The notes under the pieces are model-generated. The model saw nothing but the letters and a program-made list of their open reading frames with translations. It was not told the origin of the DNA and searched no databases. A stretch of DNA of 63,327 nt, the filler included, from Octopus bimaculoides (taxonomy: Eukaryota), in the NCBI RefSeq assembly GCF_001194135.2. It is 3 parts of 2 records of this genome, joined end to end, with 100 filler letters (N's around TTAATTAATTAA, not from the genome) between each part and the next. Parts side by side here need not be neighbours in the genome. Positions count along the whole stretch, not along the records: positions 23,276 to 53,943 come from NC_068993.1; positions 54,044 to 63,327 come from NC_069003.1; 1 more part is not named here. The stretch is one strand, 5' to 3'. Positions 53,833 to 63,327 of the stretch are shown piece after piece (the first letter of the stretch is position 1; each line of letters starts with the position of its first letter). A program made the position numbers and the translations under genes.

Positions 53833-53943
53833 GAGAGAGAGAGAGAGAGAGAGATTTATGGAACTATGTATTGTTATGCATATATGACTTATCATTATCC
53901 CTAATTAAGTATTATTGAGTTATATATGCATATATATATATAT

Positions 53944-54043
53944 NNNNNNNNNNNNNNNNNNNNNNNNNNNNNNNNNNNNNNNNNNNNTTAATTAATTAAN
54001 NNNNNNNNNNNNNNNNNNNNNNNNNNNNNNNNNNNNNNNNNNN
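53944..54043. other. Artificial 100-bp gap spacer
   Basis: 44 N + ttaattaattaa + 44 N. Confidence 0.9.
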
Positions 54044-54979
54044 GTTTTAGTCTTGAGGTTCCACATTTTGCCAATTTTTATTTCAAGATCTTTATACTTG
54101 CTCAGTTTTTGGTAGGTCTTGACAGATACGTTTATATCAATTGGGACAGTCATATCAATGAGGAGGCATAATTTTTGCCTGAAGTCTTTCAATATAATGT
54201 GAAGTTCCAGACGAGTGAGATGTGATCATTTTCAAGGACTGGAGGTGGTTTGTGTTCCCACCAGTTTTTATCATGGGGCATGTCCAGGTTTTTGCAAATT
54301 ACCCAGTGAATATATTGTGCAGCTCTATTATGCCTGTCGAAATACTCTGTAGGCGCAAGAAGACTGCACATGAAGACAACATGATTAATGGTTTCATTTT
54401 GTTGTTGACATACATGACATGTTGGGAAGCTGCCGTTCTTTAATATGTTGGCGTGGTAGTTCCTTGTAGGTAGGCATTGATCTTGGGCTGCTATAATAAA
54501 CCCTTCTGTTTCAGATTTTAAACCAGAAGCCATTAGCCATTCATGGGTAAGGGCTTTGTCAACATCAGTATTATTCGCTCTCTTTGGGTATTTGCCATTG
54601 AGAGGTTTTTCTTGCCATTTATCGGTTAGAATATCTAAGGCAGCAGTTTTAACACGGGTTTTCATGCGCTTAGCTTTTTCTGCGCTTGTTTCTAGTATGT
54701 CTAATTTCGGAATTTGTTGTATTTGGAATTCACTTAGATATTCCTTTGCCTGTTTTGTTACTGAGTAAGATGCTTTCTTGCTTTCATGTTTTGAAACAAG
54801 TTTTAGCATCCAGTCCTCAGAGTTTTTCAGGTAGGTGTCTAAGCCAATTGTGGCAATCTTCATTGTTAATGCCAGCTGTAAAAGTCCACGGCCTTCCTCT
54901 TTTCTTGGCAGATAAAGTCGTTCTATATCTGCCTTAGGGTGGTGCATTCTATGCATTGTCAACAGTTTTTGTATTTTCT
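54044..54979 (-). mobile_element. R4/Dong-type LINE, 5'-truncated; 257-aa ORF remnant
   Basis: RLYLPRKEEGRGL, LKSETEGFIIAAQDQCLPT, CHVC...H...C finger, RHN, LIDMTVP...KLSKYKDL (RLE endonuclease). Confidence 0.95.
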
Positions 54980-54997
54980 GTCAAGATTACATATCTC

Positions 54998-55049
<52 letters not shown>

Positions 55050-55051
<2 letters not shown>

Positions 55052-55455
55052 GTTCAGTAGTTTTATTTTTATAACGTGCTTTCACTTCACTACCGAGTGC
55101 AGCCCTGTGTGCCTTGGGTATGTGCTGTGGATTGCTGTGATGCTCTTAAGGTTACTGTATAGAAAGTGTTTTGCGTAGGATGTGTGCAGTGCCCAGTAGT
55201 GCAATTTTCTGTATGTTATATATATTTGTAAGTCCTGGTGTTTTTGTTATGTATTTGTCTGAATATTTTTTTATTATTATTATACCTAAGGCACCTACTA
55301 TGATAGGAATTGTTTCTGTTTTTAGATTCCACATTCGAGTTACCTCTATTTCCAGGTCTTTGTATTTTGAAAGTNNNNNNNNNNTTGATACATCAATTAG
55401 AAAGCATTTTTTTTTCTTCATGATCTTTGACAACTATATCTGGTCTATTGGCCTT
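55050..55455 (-). mobile_element. R4/Dong-type LINE 3' end
   Basis: CFLIDVS..LSKYKDLEIEVTRMWNLKTETIPIIVGALG...LRKTLSIQ*; (AAT)n on both sides. Confidence 0.95.
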
Positions 55456-55509
55456 AATTTCTCTATCTGTTATTATTTATTATTATTATTATTATTATCA
55501 TCATCATCA

Positions 55510-55571
<62 letters not shown>

Positions 55572-55594
55572 GTTATTATTATCATTATTCAGTA

Positions 55595-56590
55595 GTTTTA
55601 ATTTTTATCACGTGCTTTGATTGCACTACCGAGCGCAACTCTGTGTACCTTGGGTATGTACTGTGGTCTGTTGTGATGTTCTTATGGTTACTGTATTGAA
55701 AGTGATTTACGTAGAATTTGTGCCGTGCCTAGTAGTGCTATTTTCTGTATGCTATATATATTTGTTAGTCCTGGTGTTTTTGCTATGTATTTGTCTGAAT
55801 GTTTTTTTTTTATCATACTTAATGCGCCTACTATGATAAGAATTGTTTCTGTTTTTAGACTCCACATTCAAGTTACCTCATTTCCAGGTCTTTTTATTTT
55901 GAAAGTTTCTCCGTTTCTTTTAGAGAAACGTTGTCATCTGCTGGTACTGATGCATCGATTAGAAAGCATTTCTTTCTTGATGATCTCTGACAACTATATC
56001 CGCCTTATTGGCCTTAATTTCTCTCACTGCATGTATTGGCATATCCCTTAGTATGGTTGCTTTCTCATTTTCTGTGACCCTTACTGGCGTGTGCCTATAC
56101 CATCTCTTTTCTGTTGTTATTCCATAGTGTTGGCATAGCTTCCAGTGTATATAGGTCCCAGCTCTGTCGTATCTGTGAATATATTCCTTAGCCAGGACTG
56201 GGCAGCCAGAGACAATATGGCTTATTGTTTCTTGTCCATCTCGACATATTCTGCAGTTACTTGTTATGTTTTTTCTCATTACATGTTTTTAGTAATTTCT
56301 GGTGGGGAGGCTTTGGTCTTGTGCTGCAATTTAAGACCCTTCAGTCTCTGCTTTGAGTTCTGAGCTTCTCAGCCATTGTTAGCATTTCGCTTTGTCTATT
56401 TCTTTTGCGTTTAGTTTAACCCAGTATTTGCCATGAAGGGGCTTTTCTTGCTATCGTTCTATCATGATCCGTCGCTGTTCCAGTTTTAGTTTGGATTTCA
56501 GTTGTTTTACAGCTTTGTTGTTTCTTCTTTTTCTTCATAGTTATTGGGTAGTATGACTTCTTTTTTGTATTTGTCAGCGTAAGTAGCGTA
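55595..56590 (-). mobile_element. R4/Dong-type LINE 3' portion
   Basis: QEKPLHGKYW, CRICRDGQETISHIVSGC, IKANKADIVVRD, 3' UTR and (AAT)n tail. Confidence 0.93.
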
Positions 56591-57143
56591 AGAATAGAGA
56601 AAAGGAAAATTATTTGGCTTAAATCCCCTTCAACACACTTCCACCCCCAGTCACAAGTATCACAAACGAATAAACAAACATAATATAAAATTGTCATATT
56701 CCAACGATTTCGAAAAAACAAAACAAAACTGTGGCCAATTACAACCACCAACAATGTATATATATGAATATGTATATGAATATGAATATGAATATATATA
56801 TGAATATGAATATATATATGAATATGTATGTGTATCATATATACATTCACGCACGCAATAATGTTATGACTGCAGAAGCTAACAAGTTCTTTATTCCACT
56901 CTCATGGAATGGTGAACGTGTAATAGTGGTAGTGGTGGTGGTGGTGGTGGGGATATGTAGTGTGGTGTTAGCTGGGGGAGGGTTGTGGGAGTAAACGTCG
57001 TGGGCAGAGTTTATCTTACAATGACCACGAGTTACTTTCCACTAACTTGAGCTGTGATCCGACGAGTCTTAACACACACACACACGCACACACACATTTA
57101 TACTTAACACGTTTAACACACACACATACATACACTTAATGCG

Positions 57144-57186
<43 letters not shown>

Positions 57187-57286
57187 NNNNNNNNNNNNNN
57201 NNNNNNNNNNNNNNNNNNNNNNNNNNNNNNNNNNNNNNNNNNNNNNNNNNNNNNNNNNNNNNNNNNNNNNNNNNNNNNNNNNNNNN

Positions 57287-57322
<36 letters not shown>

Positions 57323-57549
57323 AACACACATATACACACAATCAATGTTTGAATAATAAATATTTTATCCAAGGTGACGAAGACAATAAATAGGACAAGT
57401 TTCCTGTTATTTATTTATCAGAATTATCCAAGAAATCATTACCAATTGATCAGTGCATTCGATCACGTATTGATCAGGTATTGATATTGAGCGATGTTGT
57501 GAAGTTTATGCTTGCTCGCAAATACATTAGTGGAATAATAACAATTCCT

Positions 57550-57619
57550 CTCTACCATAGGCACAAGGCCAGCAATTTTACGTGGAGGGGGCATGTCAAC
57601 TACATTGACCCCAGTACGT

Positions 57620-57672
<53 letters not shown>

Positions 57673-57902
57673 TTAGTAGTAGTAGTAGTAGTTTCAAATT
57701 TTGGCACAGGGGCAAGAGTTTTTGAAGGGATGGACAAGTCGATTACGTCGACCACAGTACTTGACTAGCACTTATTTCATCGACCTGGAAAAGATGAAAA
57801 GTAAAGTCAACCTCGGTGGAATTTGTACTCAGAACGTAAAGACGGATGAAAAGCTGCTAAGCATTTTGTTCGACATGCTAATGATTCTGGGGGTTAACCG
57901 CC

Positions 57903-57905
<3 letters not shown>
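57550..57905 (-). mobile_element. SINE family D fragments split by (ACT)n/(AGT)n
   Basis: Two 3' ends (57550-57620 and from 57690) and a head at about 57900. Confidence 0.8.
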
Positions 57906-57941
<36 letters not shown>

Positions 57942-57943
<2 letters not shown>

Positions 57944-58312
57944 CAATTGCAGCGTGGAAGCTGTTTATAAGCCATTTAAGAAACACAACATTTCACTTCA
58001 CCATTTAAATTTAAATTCACTTCAACATTTAAATTTAATTTACCAAAATATTTTCGTCACTTTGAGACCGAGACCTGTTCGCTGACAAAATTCCGTGTAT
58101 ACGTGCATGTGTGTTATATGCAGCTTTGTCAGTGAACAGGTCGCGGTCTCAAAGCAACGAAAATATTTTGGCAAATTAAATTAAAATGTTGAAGTGAATC
58201 TAACGGTTTTTGTGTGTTTCTTAAATGGCTTATAAACACCTTCCACGCTGCAATTGTTTTCGTTCCAGCACACGATCTCAGATCAGGTCGCTTGCTATGC
58301 AAGTACATCTCC

Positions 58313-58314
<2 letters not shown>
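57942..58314. mobile_element. Fold-back element (arms about 57942-58090 and 58122-58259) with a unique right extension
   Basis: aacaattgcagcgtggaag.tgtttataagccatttaagaaacac and tttgagaccg.gacctgttc.ctgacaaa mirrored. Confidence 0.8.
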
Positions 58315-58378
<64 letters not shown>

Positions 58379-58503
58379 NNNNNNNNNNNNNNNNNNNNNN
58401 NNNNNNNNNNNNNNNNNNNNNNNNNNNNNNNNNNNNNNNNNNNNNNNNNNNNNNNNNNNNNNNNNNNNNNNNNNNNNNNNNNNNNNNNNNNNNNNNNNNN
58501 NNN

Positions 58504-58741
58504 CTGTTCGCTGACAAAATTCCGTGTATACGTGCATGTGTGTTATATGCAGCTTTGTCAGTGAACAGGTCGCGGTCTCAAAGCAACGAAAATATTTTGG
58601 CAAATTAAATTAAAATGTTGAAGTGAATCTAACGGTTTTTGTGTGTTTCTTAAATGGCTTATAAACACCTTCCACGCTGCAATTGTTTTCGTTCCAGCAC
58701 ACGATCTCAGATCAGGTCGCTTGCTATGCAAGTACATCTCC

Positions 58742-58815
<74 letters not shown>
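58504..58815 (+). repeat. Identical second copy of 58074-58378 across an N gap
   Basis: About 240 bp with no differences seen, plus (AAT)n; probably a false or allelic duplication. Confidence 0.85.
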
Positions 58816-58816
<1 letters not shown>

Positions 58817-59126
58817 TTTATGGACTCTCCTGTTGAAGACGACGTGTGAGCGTTCAGCTTTTGCCAAATGACCTGCACAAATGATTTGCTTATAATGATC
58901 AAATATATGTGCTGCACATTATCTCACTCCCTCCATAAAATCGATGTTGTCTGAACGGGTGCATGTTGTACCACGGATCAGGTGTGAAGTGGTCGCAGAG
59001 TAATGTGAGATGAAATATTTTGATCAAGAACACAACACGCCATCCGGTCTAGGAATTGTAATCACAATCGCTAGACCGTGAATATAACACTCTAAACACT
59101 AAATCATGCGCCCTACCCTCACACGA

Positions 59127-59252
<126 letters not shown>

Positions 59253-59368
59253 TAATAATCAAACATGAACTTCTAACTTGTTGTCTCTTGAGGTCTCTGG
59301 GTGAGACTTGGATCCAACTTGTACAAATGCAAAACAAAAGTCAAACATAAAATAATAATAATAATAAC

Positions 59369-59429
<61 letters not shown>

Positions 59430-59432
<3 letters not shown>

Positions 59433-60060
59433 GTTTCCGTAGAAAAGAACACTACAAAAAAAGACAGAAAGCACTATACTGGTAGCGCAAGATCAAGCTT
59501 TGGTCACGAACTGGACGGTCAACCTTAGGAATGAACAAATGTTTTCGCTGTGCCGCATCTGTAATAGAGTGGATGAAACTAATACCCATATTCCCAATGA
59601 ATGCTCTAAACTTGCCAAAAACCTCTACAAATTGTGGCGACACGATCAGGTAGCGAAAATGCCAGATTGGAAACTGTGCGAAAAATGGGGGCTAGAGAGA
59701 GGCAAATCGCGGTGTGATCACAAATCACAGAGAGTGGCGGAGTCGGAGACTAGCAAAATCTGGGATTTCCCAATTCAAACAGATCAGGTGCTAGAACATA
59801 ACAGACCGGGCCTAGTGGTATATAGTTGATGCTGCATTCCCCTTTGTCCCACGAATAGTCAAGAAAGAAGGCGAAAAAATAGATAAATACAACCCTCTTA
59901 AGTATGGAATAGCCCGGCTATGAAAAATGAAGAAGGTGAAGATAGTGCCAATTATTGTTGGATCCTTGGGGACAGTGTCAGCAGACATCAAGAAGAATAT
60001 AAAGGAAACTGATATAGAATGCCCAATCATTTTACTTCAAATTATGATATCAGAGGAAGT
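59430..60060 (+). mobile_element. R4/Dong-type RLE LINE relic, different subfamily
   Basis: CRICNRVDETNTHIPNECSKLA, RHDQVA, WDFPIQTDQVLEHNRP, KVKIVPIIVGSLGTV. Confidence 0.88.
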
Positions 60061-60224
60061 GAATGGATTACAGGATTATAATCACATATTTCTATTTATT
60101 AGGCCTTGTATTACATAACATAGCATGAATTATGTACATAACATTGTATGAAGTATAGAATAAATTATATCGTTCACTTACGGAAACACTTGTAATGTCA
60201 ATTTGACTTCTTTCTTCATTTAAA

Positions 60225-60256
<32 letters not shown>

Positions 60257-60311
60257 AAATATATATATCATTTAAACGCATACATTTATCTATATACTTA
60301 TTATCTTTCAG

Positions 60312-60415
60312 CCGCCTTCATCAAGGTAGCCTTCAGCTTGCTGTTTTGTGGAATTTTGCTCGGAGTGGTAACCATGTATATATATATACGTCGCAAAAAC
60401 AGAATTGGCCTTTGA
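60312..60415 (+). CDS. Terminal coding exon of a membrane protein: xAFIKVAFSLLFCGILLGVVTMYIYIRRKNRIGL*
   Basis: ttatctttcag acceptor, phase 1; 21-residue hydrophobic helix followed by an RRKNR positive-inside cluster and TGA. Confidence 0.7.
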
Positions 60416-60819
60416 GGAAGAATTGCAAGTTTCTTAGATCGTCTGAAAACATTTCCGTTCTTTTCGTGTGTTTTTGGCACTGAACAATTAAACTTACGAA
60501 GAAGGACAAACGATACACATTACCATCTATAGCTAACATTTAAATGTTTCATATTTATATATATATATATATATATCTGTGTACATGTAAGTGTTTATGC
60601 GTGTGTGTGTATACACACACACTCACACACACACATATATGTTAAATATGTAAGTTTTTGTATGTAAATGTTTGTATGTATATACATAAAGTGTTAGTAC
60701 AAGTATTCAACCACTACGAAATTTGTTTAGCGTTCTTTTCTTTCATTTGTACACCTTTGAGTATACGTGTGTGATGTGTGCGTGTGATGTGTGTGTGTGA
60801 GTATATACATATGTATGTG

Positions 60820-60903
<84 letters not shown>

Positions 60904-61028
60904 TCCATTTATATATACATGTAAATTTATAAGTAGACGTATATNNNNNNNNNNNNNNNNNNNNNNNNNNNNNNNNNNNNNNNNNNNNNNNNNNNNNNNN
61001 NNNNNNNNNNNNNNNNNNNNNNNNNNNN

Positions 61029-61085
<57 letters not shown>

Positions 61086-61199
61086 CTCACATATGTACAC
61101 ATGTATAAGTTATACATATACGTATTAGTCAATAGAAACGGCCCTTGAACTTGTTTGACTAAGCTGAACATTGATGTATGCGCACATACATATATGCAT

Positions 61200-61234
<35 letters not shown>

Positions 61235-61347
61235 AAACATATGTATATATATATAAAACACACACACACACACATATATATATATGTACGGCATATATAC
61301 GTGTATGTTTATATACGTGTATATATACATGCACACACATACACACA

Positions 61348-61381
<34 letters not shown>

Positions 61382-61580
61382 TGTGTGTGTGTGACGATAT
61401 AATTTGATATTAAAAAAGATATGTAACCTGTCTATCTTTTGCTTTTTAGTTATTTGATAACGATGACGTTGCAAATATTTTTATGCACATACATACATAC
61501 ATACATACATACTTGCATATATATATATATATATATAATATACGCATACATATATATGCATATACGTACTTATATTTATG

Positions 61581-61611
<31 letters not shown>

Positions 61612-62179
61612 TTATGTATGTATATACTGTATGTATGTACACACTGACAGATGTGTATGAGTATGTGTATTTGTCTATGTGTGCATTAAGATTCGCTTTT
61701 CTCCTCGACATATTTGATTAGTAAAATATATATAACGTTGCTCTTATCTGTTTTTTGTTTTCGTTTCCAATCATTTAATAAAAACGACATCGCATGCCTT
61801 TTCATTAAAATATTACATCCAATATTGATATTGATCTGAGTTCGGCAACCAATGGCAAAAATGTGGATTCGCTTCATCAGTTGAAAAGTATTTTGGGATG
61901 GGCTTCCCCACAGTTTCCGTGTACCAAATGCATTGATATGACATTGGTCGGCCTGGGGCTATTGTGGAAGACACTTGCCCAAAGCTCCGCTTAGTAGAAT
62001 TCAACCCATAACTACGTGGTTTACAAGCGAGCTCCCTAACGGTAATCTTTATCTCTCTCTCTCTTTCTCTTTATCTCTCCCTCTCTCTCTCTCTCTTTAT
62101 CTCTTCCTCTCTCTCTCTCTTTCTCTCTCCCTCTCTCTCTCTTTCTCTCTCGCTCTCTCTCGCTCTCACACACACACAG

Positions 62180-62830
62180 TGCATTCCAGAAGATTTAAGA
62201 CTTTTTCAGGTGAAACATTTATTAATTTCAAATGCGTCGAAGATTCTAATCCCCTTCAAAGTAGGATCCTCTGACTTCAATGCACTGGTTGCACTCCTGC
62301 TACTTCGTGAAGGACCCATGGAAATCCTCCAAAGTCAAGATGTCCAGGAACCTTGTTACAGGCTCCTTTATCTTCTCCTTCAGCTTGGGTGAAGAACCAA
62401 AAGTCATCGAAGACGAGGTCTGGACTGTAGGGCGGACGGGGGATAGTTTGATGCCCATCTCTGCCAAGTAGTTGATTACCAGAATGGAATTGTGAACTGG
62501 TGCCTGATTCTGGTGCAAGTGCTCTAGCCTTTTGCAATGAAATCTTTTCCTGAACTCCCTCAAAACCTCCACAAAGTGCTCTTTGTTGATTGTCTGGCTA
62601 GAGGAAACCCTGTGGATATAGATGATGCTCTTGCTGTCGAAAAAGGGGATCATTATGAATTTCCCAGTGGACTTGTCTTGCCTGGTCTCTTGTGCCAGCG
62701 AAAATCAGACGTTCAGCTCATCCGTAAGCAGTCTGGATCATTTCATAAGTCTCTGTAGCATTTTTGTCCAGTTTAACGCAGGCAGCTTTTAAATTGTCTT
62801 CACATACCGATTACATTCTGCAAACGAGTC
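62180..62830 (-). mobile_element. Internally deleted mariner element
   Basis: CVKLDKNATETYEMIQTAYG (N-terminal HTH) joined to MIPFFDSK...QTINKEHF, HQNQAPVH, PPYSPDLVFDDFWFF. Confidence 0.88.
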
Positions 62831-63270
62831 AGCTGTGACAAGCAGTATTTAGTAGAGTATGTATTCTGTTAGACTCCTTGAAACGCGTGTAAGCCAAATA
62901 AATCGTTGATAATACATATTTAAGCTTTATGTCTTTTTCTATCACATTATGTGTGTCTGTGTGTGTGTGTTAATATGTGCACACGTGTATGTGCGTGCGT
63001 ATGCATACACACACATACACTCATACCACACATACACTCGCACACGTGCGTGTGCACACATTCATATACAAGCACACGAGTAAACATGTATGCTAGCGGA
63101 GATGACGCTATTCTCCAATATGATTCCAAAATGGAATTGATATACCGAGTTTTTGGCTCTGTGGCAACCGAATTAAGTAATTAATTAAATTAATTAACTA
63201 ACGAATTCTTATATAGACAGAAACGAAGGTATTTATAGGGTGGAGTGAGGAAGAGTGAGTGAGAGAAAAA

Positions 63271-63327
<57 letters not shown>
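63271..63327. repeat. (AG)n microsatellite; one of many (TA)n, (CA)n, (TATG)n, (AAT)n, (GAT)n, (ACC)n and (ACT)n tracts in the window
   Basis: Direct reading; many N gaps abut such tracts. Confidence 0.98.

Noticed and set aside
56731-56994. ORF with a TM-like Val run
   Set aside because: Hydrophobicity comes from a (GTG)n microsatellite
58074-58815. Tandem duplication of about 300 bp
   Set aside because: Identical copies flank an N gap and differ only in (AAT)n length; most likely unmerged contig ends or alleles

Overview
AT-rich, microsatellite- and retroposon-dense eukaryotic scaffold window with many N gaps. The tRNA-derived SINE families and (TA)n/(CA)n/(AAT)n load look like an Octopus genome (inference, no search run). 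Almost every ORF in the supplied track is microsatellite or gap noise. Real coding relics are all transposon-derived: mariner (DD34D) pieces at about 13.5k, 17.4k, 38.2-39.4k, 49.3-49.7k and 62.2-62.8k; a Penelope-like RT/GIY-YIG relic at 27.4-28.6k; and R4/Dong-type RLE LINE fragments at 42.9k, 51.7k, 54.0-56.6k and 59.4k. The best host-gene evidence is a + strand terminal exon missed by the ORF track (60312-60415; transmembrane helix plus RRKNR tail) and an ETS/CRE-rich promoter-like first exon at about 22.2-22.5k. The 7-22 kb region is a mosaic of direct and inverted paralogous modules. It also holds scattered minus-strand exon-like pieces that speculatively resemble a beta-pore-forming protein. 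No rRNA, true tRNA gene or CRISPR was found. Repeat boundaries and identities are estimated by eye.
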